This document shows, one piece after another, positions 1-11,482 of a stretch of DNA of 34,547 nucleotides (position 1 is its first letter; every line of letters starts with the position of its first letter). Origin of the DNA: Octopus sinensis (taxonomy: Eukaryota); assembly GCF_006345805.1 (NCBI RefSeq), contig NW_021829932.1, positions 1 through 34,547 of the forward strand, written 5' to 3'. Position numbers and translations under genes: made by a program. The notes beneath the pieces were generated by a model. That model saw only the letters and a list, made by a program, of their open reading frames with translations. It had not been told where the DNA came from and ran no database searches.

Positions 1-55
1 CCGAACCATGTGGTTAGTAAGCAAGCTACTTACCACACAATCACTCCTACGGCTA
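1..55 (-). mobile_element. SINE family S1, 5' head fragment
   Basis: CAAGCTACTTACCACAC is shared with the full copies at 13374-13782 and 30348-30763. Confidence 0.7.
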
Positions 56-60
56 TATAT

Positions 61-101
<41 letters not shown>

Positions 102-380
102 TTGCTAAACATGCCTACTTGCAAGCATACGTAGTGATGAGAGTCCTACATACATTCATAAATACACGACTTCAGAGACAGCACACGCATACATACAAAT
201 ATACACACATCCATATATATACAAACATATATATGCATTCGTACATTGAATTCATGCATACGAACACACATCTAGCCAGTCATAGTTTGTACTCACTCAC
301 ACATACGACACAAACATATATTACATACACGCATATACATAATCATGAATACACATTCCGACACACTTCAATACATACAT

Positions 381-421
<41 letters not shown>

Positions 422-606
422 TACACATAACCATACATAAGCATACATACGCACTTACATATGTATATATATATATATATGACTTAAACAGGATTCGAAT
501 AATCCTATCAGGTGGTGCTATTAAGTTAGACATTGCCTGGACCAATCTTTGGTCGAAACATATCTAAGTTTTATCTAAGTTTTATATGTGTGTGTCTGTG
601 TGTGTG

Positions 607-647
<41 letters not shown>

Positions 648-806
648 GTATGTATGTATATATGTATGTATATGGTATAAAGTAATATAGTATATTTTTA
701 TGTGTATTCGTAAATGTATATGCATTAATGTATGTGATATAAAGTAATGTAGTATATATATTTCTGTGTGTGTGTGCGTATATGAATGTATGTATATATA
801 TATATT

Positions 807-871
<65 letters not shown>

Positions 872-940
872 ATACACATAAACATACATAAGCATGCATA
901 CGCACATACATATATACATACAATACAACCACCCATACAC
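56..940. repeat. (TA)n, (CA/TG)n and (TATG)n microsatellite field
   Basis: Direct inspection. Confidence 0.9.
481..585 (+). mobile_element. 3' UTR end of a CR1/L2-group LINE
   Basis: Reverse complement of 26313-26416 (AATCCTATCAGGTGG...CAATCTTTGGTCGAAA...TCTAAGTTT), which there adjoins the RT C-terminus. Confidence 0.65.
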
Positions 941-1261
941 ACAAACATATACTTATTCTTCAACTAGAAAATGACCCATTTCGAGATCAATCAGTCTAAA
1001 TCATTGATTATTGATTATAGCTCACCTTGTTTTGAGGATCCAAGGTGACAATTACATGTTCTTCACTTCAAAGACGGCAACTCTCTTCCTGAAGATGGTC
1101 AAATAGCGCCTTTAGGCCAGTAGACATATGTTCAAAGTGCGCTAATACGCTAAGTGATATACGCACCTCGCGAAATACACAAATACTCGCGCACGGTAAT
1201 TGTTAATTTGCAATTTATGCCGTAAATTAACTGTTTCTAGTTTTAGAAACCAATTGTGATT

Positions 1262-1284
1262 CCTCTCCTTGTTATTATTATTAT

Positions 1285-1340
<56 letters not shown>

Positions 1341-1381
1341 TAGTTAGCAGCAGCAGCAGCAGCCGCAGCAGCAGCAACAGC

Positions 1382-1438
<57 letters not shown>
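1262..1438. repeat. Compound (TAG)n/(CAG)n microsatellite
   Basis: Direct inspection. Confidence 0.95.
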
Positions 1439-1439
<1 letters not shown>

Positions 1440-1764
1440 AGGCGGCGAGCTGGCAGAGACGTTAGCACGCCGGGCGAAATGCCTAGCGGTATTTCGTCCG
1501 CCGCTACGTTCTGAGTTCAAATTCCGCCGAGGTCGACTCTGCCTTTCATCCTTTCGGGGTCGATTAAATAAGTACAGTTACGCACTGAGGTCGATATGAT
1601 CGACTTAATCCGTTTGTCTGTCCTTGTTTGTCCCTCTGTGTTTAGCCCCTTGTGGGTAGTAAAGAAATAGGTATTTCGTCAGCCGTTACGTTCTGAGTTC
1701 AAATTCCGCCGAGGTCGACTTTGCTTTTTAATCTTTTTGGGGTCGATTAAATAAGTACCAGTTA
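1439..1764 (+). mobile_element. tRNA-headed SINE family A with a tandem partial second unit (1671-1764)
   Basis: A-box-like GGCGAGCTGGCAG and B-box-like GAGTTCAAATTCC. Homologous to 12258-12400, 10750-10805 and 17865-17955. Confidence 0.8.
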
Positions 1765-2415
1765 AAGTGCTGCGTGGGTCTGGTTTGCTCTACAGGTACA
1801 GATGCGCTGTCAGACGGACTTGTACGAGGTGCACACAGAGTGACGAAACCGTTCTGCACGCCCTCGTTCAGTGTTCGGGCATTGATGACTTGTGGGGTTA
1901 TGTTGAAAAGTTACTCTCACGTGTGAGACGGACCCTTCTGCTGGCTGACCCTGTCGTGATGATTGCACCATTGCCTTCCTTCAATCGGGCAAGCAAGGCA
2001 GTTTTCCTTTGCCTGATGGTTGTGGTAAAAGGGGTTGCTTGGTGGACAAGGTTGAAAGGTATGAGGACAGATACATTCCCTTTTAGTAGAGCTCTCATTG
2101 ACTTTTCCAAGTTTCCCCTTGAAAAGGAAATTGAGTGTGGAGAGGGAAGTGTTGTCCTGGAGTGAATTTATCGAAAGGAGGGTGAAAGTTGCGAAAATGG
2201 CAAAAGTGGATGGTACCTCTCTAAGTGTAGACCTGTGTGTCGGAGTGAAGGAATTAGAGAGGGCACTTGCTCATAGGATTTCAGGGAAATATTGGACGGT
2301 GGGATTCCGCGATTATCCCTAGAGGCGTTCCTGTATCAGGAGGGCTACATCTTTATCATCCCCTTCCCCACTTCTTTTGTAACTTTGTATACTATGCATA
2401 TGTCTCTTCTTTCCC
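1765..2415 (+). mobile_element. Tx1/L1-clade non-LTR retrotransposon, ORF2 C-terminus and 3' UTR
   Basis: CTRCTQSDETVLHALVQC...LW zinc-knuckle (zf-RVT-like), frameshifted continuation FIERRVKVAKMAKVDG, followed by (ATC/ATT)n. Confidence 0.75.
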
Positions 2416-2442
2416 AGTGTATCATCATCATCATTATTATTA

Positions 2443-2495
<53 letters not shown>

Positions 2496-2530
2496 TATTA
2501 TTATCATCATCATTATTATTATCATCATCA

Positions 2531-2582
<52 letters not shown>

Positions 2583-2777
2583 CATCATCATTATTATTAT
2601 TATTGACTGAGAGAGCTGCGCATGCCATCAAAGTCTTCGAGTGTATACCATGTATACTTTTTTAATCATTTCATTATTATATGTAAAACCCCACTCTTTA
2701 TGTCTGTTTCTGTATTGTCCCCCTCATCTTTCGCCCTTGTGGCAAATATCATTATTATTATTGTTGTTCTTGTTGTT

Positions 2778-3327
2778 GAGTGGGAGAGAAGTGCATGCAT
2801 TCAAAGTGACACTGGGGTAAAATATAAGAAGCCCAGTATACACATCACGACTACCCGTCTGATAAAGGTACACCAGGCACATGCATCACAACCATATGTG
2901 TGCGACATGGTGATCTCATATCAAGATAAACAGCACATGACCTTGCAGGTGGGGCCCAGTTATAATTTTCTTCAGGTCGAGTAACCCATCCCGCTCAAAA
3001 GCTCCCCGAATATGGGTTGTTTAAGGATGTTGAAAGACCACCCTGTTTTCCAGAGGTGAATTATTCAACCCCAAAGAATCCCCTCACACATGGCTATGAT
3101 GCTCCCCCACTACTTCTGCTCGTGATCAGAGATGCACATATCGTCAGCCACTAAGGGACAGATGCTCAACTGGTTAAGGTCAAGCAACTGACAAGCAAAT
3201 CTATGGTATTGAGCAGAATATTTGCTGTAGCCCATCTTTTATACCAACAAAACAATGTACATGATAACACTTCCATCAGTTAAGATCAGAAGCCATGAGA
3301 GCCATTGCCTGGTACTGCATCAGGGCT
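2778..3327 (-). mobile_element. ~550-bp non-coding interspersed repeat family F embedded in (AAT)n
   Basis: Colinear with 17994-18544. Truncated ends at 2601-2635, 9461-9530 and 10394-10490; inverted fragment at about 33215-33395. Confidence 0.8.
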
Positions 3328-3366
3328 ATTATTATTATTTTATTATTATCATTATTATTATTATTA

Positions 3367-3413
<47 letters not shown>

Positions 3414-3477
3414 CATTATTATTATTATATATTATTATTGTTATTGTTAATATGGGTTTTTTCTTTTTTCTTTTCAG

Positions 3478-3522
3478 GAATGTGATTTTATAGAAATTGA
3501 AATTAAATATGGAATTCTCCAG
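3478..3522 (+). CDS. SCYL2: SCY1-like pseudokinase (SCYL2-type), exon A, 15 aa ECDFIEIEIKYGILQ
   Basis: Polypyrimidine tract plus TTTCAG acceptor, CAG|GTAAGT donor, 45 nt, phase 0-0. EIKYGILQ matches the SCYL2 ETKYGLLQ motif and joins exon B in frame. Confidence 0.88.
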
Positions 3523-3999
3523 GTAAGTTCTTCAACGGATGAAGCCTTTCCCTGTCCGAAGCATTTTATTAGTTTATCCTAAACTCCCATTCTTCTTTCC
3601 AGACTTTTAGTTATTGGTGGTTAATTTGGTTTAGTTGGTGAATAAAATGTGTTGATATTATATTAGTTGGTGTATAATATCTGTTGCGACCATATTAGTC
3701 AGTGGTTAATTTGTATTGGTACGATGTTAGTAATTTGTTCATACACAATTGTATACGCAATAAAACGTGTATATTGTATATGATCCACAACTCGCCATAA
3801 ATAACTGATGCGCATAACATATGATACATATGGTTTTATTGCGTGTGATATAGTCTACTATCACATATTACGTACCAATTCATGAATCACTTCTTCGGGT
3901 GTTGGAAAACTGGAAGGTGAGAAGCTTTCTTAAGACTCTACTGCTCCGATATCAGAAAATCCACGAAACTTCCATGGAGTATATATTATAATAATAATA

Positions 4000-4325
4000 A
4001 AGGGTAAAGACCCCCTTCGGTCATGAATGACCATGGGATTGCACCTAGAAAGTTACCCTCCTAGACACAAGCCGGCAAGGTTTTTATTGAAGACCAGCAG
4101 TCGCCGTGCATACCAGCCTTCCCTCTCCACGCCACCAGTGTATCCAAGGAAAGACAAAGGTCGATACAGCTGGCACCAGTGACGTCGCAACTTATTTCTA
4201 CAGCTGAGTGAACTGGAGCAACGTGAAATAAAGTGCCTTGCTCAAGAACACAACACGCAGCCCGGACCGGGATTCGAGCTCACAACCTCACGATCGTAAG
4301 CTCGACGCTCTAACCACTGAGCCAT
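4000..4325 (-). mobile_element. tRNA-headed SINE family E
   Basis: Minus strand begins ATGGCTCAGTGGTTAGAG (A box) and has GAGCTCGAATCCC (B box), followed by a CORE-like central segment (CTCCAGTTCACTCAGCTGTAGAAAT). Confidence 0.75.
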
Positions 4326-4632
4326 AAAAACATCGAAAACTGCAGTTAGCAAAAGCCTTTTATTGCATATGAATTTGATTAAGAGTATCTGCATATTTCA
4401 GAATGCTATGATGGTTCTTATCGGTGAGATGGCAACTTTTAAGTAACATATTTATTTTTGCGGAGCTCTGATGAGTTAATTCCGCTATCCGCTACGAAAG
4501 AAATCTTGCACAGTGCATGGGAATAAATCAATAACTGTCGTCTTAGTAACAACGTAATGCAAAATTGGTTATAATCGAAATTGTGGAAAGAATAGTAAAC
4601 AATACAATAAAAAGAATAGCAAACACCATTTC

Positions 4633-4693
<61 letters not shown>

Positions 4694-5127
4694 GGGTTGT
4701 AATTGAGCTTTGTCCTCGTAAAGCATATCAGCATGTTCCAGTTCTCAAAGTCTATTTCTAGATGTCATATTTTATATGAGACTCGAAAATACCGGAGGAT
4801 ACTTATTACATGCTAATTGCATATCAAAACAGAAAAGTGGAGAAAGATTTTGAGGTATTATTCATTCTGCATTATATACGTATGTTTCATTACCAATATA
4901 TAGAAAAAACATGTAAAACATCTATTAGTAATTCTTCAGACCGATAATTAAAATAACGCTAATAATATTATATTTAATTCCGGGTTTGAGGAACTAATCA
5001 TTGGAGATGGTGTGCATGCTTCTCTACGTGTATGCCAATATAAATCCTATTGGTTACGAAACATATGTACTGCGCAACAAATAGTCTCAAAATATTTTTC
5101 CTGTCTTCTGTTTTAACATACAGATAT

Positions 5128-5144
5128 AACATATATATATATTT

Positions 5145-5207
<63 letters not shown>

Positions 5208-5225
5208 ATATATATATATATATAT

Positions 5226-5269
<44 letters not shown>

Positions 5270-5279
5270 TATATATATT

Positions 5280-5320
<41 letters not shown>
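5128..5320. repeat. (TA)n microsatellite
   Basis: Direct inspection. Confidence 0.95.
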
Positions 5321-5324
<4 letters not shown>

Positions 5325-5570
5325 ATCCAAACATGAAAACACAAAGAGAAAACACAACAACGCGAGGACGTGGAACAAATATAGTATTATTGGACGCTCA
5401 GGAAAGAAGGGAAGAAGGAGGGTTTAACGTTTCGGGCGGAGCTCTTCGTCGGAAACATAGGAGAAGGAAAGATCCAGAGAAGGGAAGACAGAGGGAATAA
5501 AATCGCCAACGGTACACACGCGGTCACATTTTGAATGACCGGAAGGAAATAGGTGAAGAAAAGTCCTATT
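5321..5570 (-). mobile_element. PLE-derived non-autonomous repeat flanked by (TA)n, with an HHR-like motif at 5422-5456
   Basis: Shares GACGCTCAGGAAA...AACGTTTCG with 19430-19625 and with family J copies. Confidence 0.65.
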
Positions 5571-6085
5571 ATATATATATATATATATATAATAGAATAT
5601 GGTACAAAAAGAAAATAGAAACAACACGTACAAATGTAAAGGGAAAGTAAGAAGAAAAATAAGCGAAAATGCACATTGGAAATCAAAAAAAGTAAAGGCT
5701 TTTTATGAAAAGTAATGATAGATATATACAATTAGAGGAACTGAGGTAGGATCTGTGGTATTGTATATATAAAGTTATAATAAAATCACAAGTCTTTTGA
5801 GAAACAGCTACCCAGCATTTCCTGGCCGAAACATGAATATATTTCGCCATCTTTCAACCTGATAACAAGACCGTTTGCCAGTTGCTTTTTCAGCAGATGA
5901 CGTTTGAACATGGAAGAAGACAAAAATAATAACAAAAGCGAGATAACCCACGTTACATTAAGCAAATGTCAAAAAGACGTAAACGAGATATTGATGGTTT
6001 ACCTATTTTGAAATTCTTGCAAGATGTATTTGTTAAAATGCAGACTTCTTGAAGTCTTACCGCATTATATATATATATATATATA

Positions 6086-6220
6086 GGGAGAGTTTACGAA
6101 AAAAAACAAAATACGAAGACATGTGGTGTACAAAACAAACAGATGTATTAGTATAACGCTCAGGAATAGAAAAAGGAGAGAAAAAAATGGATGTAGTGGC
6201 TAACGATCTATCATGGCGTC
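6086..6220 (-). mobile_element. PLE-derived repeat family J, internally deleted (ribozyme segment missing)
   Basis: AAACAGATGTATTAGT..ACGCTCAGGAATAG and GTAGTGGCTAACGATCTATCATGGCG match 11500-11695. Confidence 0.7.
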
Positions 6221-6240
6221 TGACTCGGACAGAAGGGTAT

Positions 6241-6455
6241 GTTTGTATGTATATGTTTGTGCCCCCAACATTGCTTTGGAACCAGTGTCGGTGTGTTTAC
6301 CTCTCCATAGCATAGCGGTACGGCAAAAGAGACCGATAGAATAATTACTAGGCTTTAAAATAATAAGTCCTGAGGTCAATTTGTTCGACTAAAACCGTTC
6401 AAGTCGGTGTCCCACCATGGCTACAGTCAAATGACTGAAACAAGTTAAAGAATAG
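6241..6455 (+). mobile_element. SINE S1, 3' half
   Basis: CGGCAAAAGAGACCGATAGAATAA...CAGTCAAATGACTGAAACAAG matches 30545-30745. Confidence 0.75.
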
Positions 6456-6498
6456 AAGAAGAATATACCGCATAATATATGTGTATGTATTTATATAC

Positions 6499-6540
<42 letters not shown>

Positions 6541-6585
6541 ATGTATGTATGTATGTATGTATGTATGTATGTATGTATATGTATA

Positions 6586-6623
<38 letters not shown>

Positions 6624-7109
6624 ATATATATATATATATACAATAAATATTACGCTGTAAGTGAATGTACAATTTCAAGGGGGTTAATAAGTATCAAACC
6701 ATGTTGCTATAGTTTTAGTTCCAATGCAAGATCTCGCACCTCGCACGGTATTATTTACCAAACAAGTGCAACTAAAGAATAATTATAATTTTATATACAG
6801 ATATTTCGTGGTAAAAAAAAAAAAAAGATAAAATAAAATGAAATGAAAATGGAACGACAACATGAACAATAAGTGAATTATCGTAATTTTTACATTTGTT
6901 TAGACCAAGTCACATCCTGTACAATACGTGACACGTTCAGTTGTTAAATATAACAAAGTTTTAAGCAAATCGCAAACACAGATTTCTCTGGGAAGACCTA
7001 CGTTTTATATTATTATAAGTAAATGAAGAATATATTTGTGTGACACGTTTTAGCAAATTTCACGATTTTCCTTGGTGTTAAAACCAGAAATTCTATAAAA
7101 GAATAATAT

Positions 7110-7450
7110 GCGTTATTATCAAATTTACAATATCGTGATGCTTTATCTACAATGGACAGGTAGGTGTCCTCATTTTGTTGTTATCACAACCTTTCGGCTA
7201 ATGTACTCTTCAGCCTTCATCAGGTGTTGTACTGGAATTTCAAACCCAACCCTTTATTTGACTAATAGGATACACTCTTCTCATTCCTAAGGTATGTTGC
7301 GGGTGTTATTTTTCTGTTGCCTAGGATTATAAAGTGAATTTTAGGGTTTATAAACCTAGTATTTTATCTTTTCTTAATACCGGTTCCCATATTACATTCA
7401 TGTCTGCACTAGGTCCGCTTAGGAGTTTATTGTGTCCTAGCATATGTGTG
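7110..7450 (-). mobile_element. Penelope-like element 3' end (ORF end plus pLTR) with a degenerate HHR at 7185-7226
   Basis: Minus strand translates HMLGHNKLLSGPSADMNVIWEPVLRKDKILGL*, resembling PLE ORF ends. It is followed by CAC CTGATGA A GGCTG..TAGCC GAAA GGTT GTG. Confidence 0.6.
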
Positions 7451-8019
7451 TGTCTACATATATACCAAAATTATTTTTTTTCCGTATTTTGTTCGTGCTT
7501 CGAAAATACTGTCTGTATGTGGGTGAGTCTGGTGTGTGTGTGTGTATGTGTGTGTGTGTGTGTGGTGTGTGTGTGTGTGTGTGTGTCTGTGTCTGTGCGT
7601 GTGTGTGGATCTCTATGTTTGCCTGTGTATGTTTATATGTCTGTGTGTGTTTGTATGAGTGTGGAGACTTTACAGCGTGTGAGAAACGTTGCAAAGATGA
7701 ATTATTTTTCATGTTATTTCAAATTTGTTAAATTATTTTTCGCGTTGTTACCTTTAAAAATTTTCTTATTTTCTTACGCATAATTTTATTGTAGAAATTT
7801 TTTAACTTTGTTTCTTAACTGTGTTTTCATCGCTTTTCTAATAATCATCAACAACAACATATCATCGTCGTCGTCGTCGACGTCGTAATTAATATCATTT
7901 TCATTATTGTCATTTTTGTTTGTTATCATCATCATCATCAACATTATTGTTGCCGTTGTGGTTTCAATTATTACCATTTCATATACACACAACAGATTAG
8001 ACTGTTGGAAAAGAAAATT

Positions 8020-8620
8020 TTCTAACATCGACCAACAACAAGCAACCTTATATGCCAAAAACTCTCCTAAGTATCCTCACTGTTTTCTGGAGCCGTATTA
8101 AACTGGGTTTTATGCTTATTTGGAGGCGCAATCGCACAGTGGTTAGGGCAGCGGACTCGCGGTCATAGGATCGCGGTTTCGATTCCCAGACCGGGCGTTG
8201 TGAGTGTTTATTGAGCGAAAACACCGAAAAGCTCCACGAGGCTCCGGCAGGGGATGGTGATCCCTGTTGAACTCTTTCACCACAACTTTCTCTCACACTC
8301 ACTTCCTGTTTCTGTTGTACCTGTATTTCAAAGGGCCGGCCTTGTCACTCTCTGTGTCACGCTGAATATCCCCGAGAACTACGTTAAGGGTACACGTGTC
8401 TGTGGAATGCTCAGCCACTTACACGTTAATTTCACGAGCAGGCTGTTCCGTTGATTCGGATCAACCGGAACCCTCGTCGTCGTAACCGACGGAGTGCTTC
8501 CATCCATCCATGCTTATTTCCTCTAGTCATCGGTTCAGATCGTTAGGGATAATTCCCAATGCACCTATAACTACTGAGAACGAAAGGTCTTTCCTTATAT
8601 GTCCAGCATCATTTTTACTG
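8020..8620 (-). mobile_element. RLE-type (R4/Dong-like) LINE 3' fragment, interrupted by SINE D
   Basis: VVIGALGIIPNDLNR*LE|ISIKPSLIRLQKTVRILRRVFGI* reads across the SINE. Confidence 0.7.
8122..8509 (+). mobile_element. tRNA-headed SINE family D, full length, 10-bp TSD ATGCTTATTT
   Basis: A box CAGTGGTTAG, B box GTTTCGATTCCC, (CATC)n tail. TSD at 8112-8121 and 8510-8519. Near-identical to 16312-16681. Confidence 0.9.
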
Positions 8621-8769
8621 TTACCACCAGAGTTGCTAAGCAGACTCTTGTCTCTCATAACCTGAGGTAAGGTAATGATCGTTACCGTCGTCATCACCAC
8701 TATTATTTCAAGTAACTTTCTACTGCATCACTTGCTGCACTTTCGTGTTGGTGAGGTGTATGCAGCATT

Positions 8770-9000
8770 TTGTTATTATTAGTTTGGTTTAATTCAGGTT
8801 CGGTCTTATTCCTGGTAGGAACTATGTGGATAGTAACCTTAGGTATCCACAAGTTTTCAGCTGTCTTTCAACTGCTTAGAACCCTCCTGATAATCCTTGC
8901 TGTCCCTAAGAGACAAACTTTCTGTTGGAGCTCTACAGGGCCTTCTATTCAAATCTCCTTCTGCAATTTGTCTATACCTTTGTTTACAGTTCCCAACGCA
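8770..9000 (-). mobile_element. RLE-type LINE 3' end (second subfamily)
   Basis: ALGTVNKGIDKLQKEI*IEGPVELQQKVCLLGTARIIRRVLSS*, then a 3' UTR and TAA tail. Confidence 0.7.
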
Positions 9001-9002
9001 TA

Positions 9003-9032
<30 letters not shown>

Positions 9033-9035
<3 letters not shown>

Positions 9036-9151
9036 TAGTTTTATTTTTATTTTTATAGCGTGCTTTCACATCACTACCGAGCGCAGCTCTGTGTGCCTTG
9101 GGTATGTGCTGTGATTTGTTGTGATGCTCTGATGGTTATTGTATGGAAGTG

Positions 9152-9185
<34 letters not shown>

Positions 9186-9297
9186 TAGTTTTATTTTTAT
9201 TTTTATAGCGTGCTTTCACATCCACCGATCAGCTCTGTGTGCCTTGGGTATGTGCTGTGATTTGTTGTGATGCTCTGATAGTATTGTATGGAAAGTG

Positions 9298-9300
<3 letters not shown>
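9033..9300 (-). mobile_element. Two tandem ~120-bp 3' termini of an R4/Dong-like LINE separated by (AAT)n
   Basis: 9033-9154 and 9183-9300 are near-identical, and overlap in sequence with 16683-16735 (KTLSIQ* plus UTR). Confidence 0.75.
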
Positions 9301-9330
<30 letters not shown>

Positions 9331-9534
9331 TCACATCATCATCATCATCATATCATCATCATCATTATTATTATTATTATATTATTATTATTATTATTAT
9401 CATTATCATTACATTATTATTATTATTATCATTATTATCATCATCATTATTATTATTATTGACTGAGAGAGCTGCGCATGCCATCAAAGTGACTTCGAGG
9501 TAAAATACACAAAGCCCAGTATACCCATTAGTAA

Positions 9535-9580
<46 letters not shown>

Positions 9581-9657
9581 TGTGGTGGTGGTGGTGGTGT
9601 TGTTGTTGGTGGTGGTGGGGGTGGGGTGATGGTAGTAGTAGTAGTAGTAGTAGCAGC

Positions 9658-9705
<48 letters not shown>

Positions 9706-9785
9706 TGTTGTAGTAATTGTTGTTGTTGTTGTTGATGATGATGATGATGCTTCTGTTATTGCTGTTGTCGTTGTTTTTGTTGTAG
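9300..9785. repeat. Compound (ATT)/(ATC)/(TAG)/(TGG)/(TTG)/(GAT) microsatellite just upstream of exon B
   Basis: Direct inspection. Confidence 0.9.
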
Positions 9786-9832
9786 TTCACTTTCTTATTT
9801 ATATCTTCTCTTTTTTTTTGTCACTTTTCCAG

Positions 9833-9976
9833 ATTGCCGAAGCGTTAAGTTACCTCCACACCACAGAACAGATGCTACATCGAAATATTTCGCCCCAATC
9901 CATACTACTAACCAGGCGAGGAGGATGGAAGATGGCCGGGCTGGGCTTTGCTGAGAAAGCACTTAAAGATGGCAAG
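9833..9976 (+). CDS. SCYL2: SCYL2-type exon B, 48 aa IAEALSYLHTTEQMLHRNISPQSILLTRRGGWKMAGLGFAEKALKDGK (kinase subdomains VIa-VII)
   Basis: TTTTCCAG acceptor, 144 nt. HRN replaces HRD and GLG replaces DFG, typical of SCY1 pseudokinases. The donor AAG|GTTCCT is atypical but is the one that preserves frame with exon C. Confidence 0.9.
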
Positions 9977-10144
9977 GTTCCTTTCTTTGAGCAGTTTTCT
10001 TTCTTTTTCATAGAATTTGTCTTGTCAGGTTTGCTGGTTGGCTGACCGAATGGCTATTTATTATTGCTATGTCTGTCTTTGTATTGTTGCCCTCATCCTT
10101 CGCCCTCGTGGCAAATAAATGAAATCATCATTATCATTATTTAT

Positions 10145-10286
10145 TGCCTTTGCACAGCAACTAAAGCTGGAGACTACAACACCTCTTATTTTTCGAGCAC
10201 CATCCGGAATATCCGAACGGTTCCAAGCTGTGCTGCTTTCTGCAAGTGCCCACCCTTATTGCAGCCCTATTTTTTCTTTGTACTGC

Positions 10287-10288
<2 letters not shown>
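10145..10288 (-). mobile_element. RLE-type LINE 3' end (same family as 17053-17763)
   Basis: AAIRVGHLQKAAQLGTVRIFRMVLEK*; shares TTGCCTTTGCACAGC and TTATTTTTCGAGCACC. Confidence 0.7.
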
Positions 10289-10344
<56 letters not shown>

Positions 10345-11233
10345 TGTCATCTTCATCATCATCTTCCTCATCATCATCATCATCATCATCATTGAGGGAG
10401 TGAGCAGAGCTTGCCATCAAAGTGACACTGGTGTAAAATATACGAACCCCATTATACCCAGCATGACTACCCGTCTGCTAAGGATACACTGTTGTCGATG
10501 GCATCGTCCAGCCCTCTCCGCTCGAAAATGCTGGTCGTGTACGCCAAAATTTGAAACTGTAATTATTGTTGCTGTTGATGATGATGATGATCATCATCAT
10601 CATCCTCATCATCATCATCAAGCTGTTGCTGCTGCTGTTGCTGTTGCTGTTACTGTGCTATGTATTGTAGAGCAGAATTAACGCCAACCAATTTTCTGAA
10701 AATAAAACGAAACGTTAGTTTGACGTATTTGTTCCAACACAATGTAATCTGAGTTCAAATTTCGCCGAGGTCAATTTGCCTTTCACTCTTAAGGGTTGAT
10801 AATAAAAACATCCATCAAACCAGGGTGGTCATTTGGCTGGAATTCTTTAAGTGTCGGTTGAGATGCCTTATGGTACTTGCCCCGGTTCCTTGCGTTCTAA
10901 AAATGACGCCAACGATGTAAACGTCTTGCCTTTTTACTAGACATCATCGGTTGCGCAGAGAGGTAAACGAGGTTTTACGCATAAGCAACTGTTGAGCTAT
11001 CATAAAAAACGTGTCCAAGCTTGCACCTTAGCTAAGACGTTCTCAATTGTAGAAAACCATGATCAGTTGTGACCGAAGGAAGTGTTGCATAGTAGAAATA
11101 ATCTTCAAGAGGCCATTTATGTTGTTGGTATTATTGCCAATGACGTCGTTGTTATTGATTACTCGCAAACTTGGGATCAAATGCATTCTAGTGAGCCGTG
11201 ATCATTCTGTCTCGTTTTCATACCTATATATTT

Positions 11234-11277
<44 letters not shown>

Positions 11278-11295
11278 ATATATTCTTCTCTCTCT

Positions 11296-11335
11296 GTTAT
11301 TCTGATGAAGAGCTTAGGCTCGAAACGTCAAAGAC
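11296..11335 (+). ncRNA. Minimal type I hammerhead ribozyme candidate, on the sense strand of the SCYL2 intron
   Basis: GTTATT CTGATGA A GAGC-TTAG-GCTC GAAAC GTC AAAGAC: intact core, 4-bp stem II, palindromic AC/GT stem III, GUC triplet, stem I with 5 of 6 pairs. Confidence 0.6.
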
Positions 11336-11445
11336 TTTCTCACTTCCAGAGCGTTAAACTAATACATCTGTTGTTTTTGTTTATACACCCGTCTTCGTCT
11401 TTTTTTGTAAATTCCAACTATATATATATATAATGAAATATATAT

Positions 11446-11482
<37 letters not shown>

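Noticed and set aside
481-585. GACCAA-TCT-TTGGTC-GAAAC hairpin as an HHR
   Set aside because: No CUGANGA in either copy (here or 26313-26416); it belongs to a CR1/L2-group LINE 3' UTR.
8-967. ORFs rich in YI, HT or CV repeats (also most other track ORFs, e.g. 5143, 14415, 22210, 26038-26757)
   Set aside because: They are translations of (TA)n, (CA)n and (ATT)n microsatellites, with no splice or homology support.
1085-1135. CTGAAGA TGGTC...GGCCA followed by GTAGACATATGT, a possible HHR relic
   Set aside because: The GAAA half of the core is absent, so it is too decayed to call.
960-1250. An additional upstream SCYL2 exon
   Set aside because: No frame resembles the expected LAFCTEPVFASL-type segment; the preceding exon is probably outside the window.
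4475-4520. CTGATGA...GAAA at 4475-4505 as a hammerhead
   Set aside because: Stem II and stem I cannot be paired convincingly; probably a chance match.
8122-8190. tRNA genes at SINE heads (also 4260-4325, 16312, 30348)
   Set aside because: A and B boxes are present, but there is no complete cloverleaf and they continue into SINE bodies.
9033-9300. CRISPR-like repeat-spacer pattern
   Set aside because: Eukaryotic context; the units are LINE ends separated by microsatellite, with no cas genes.
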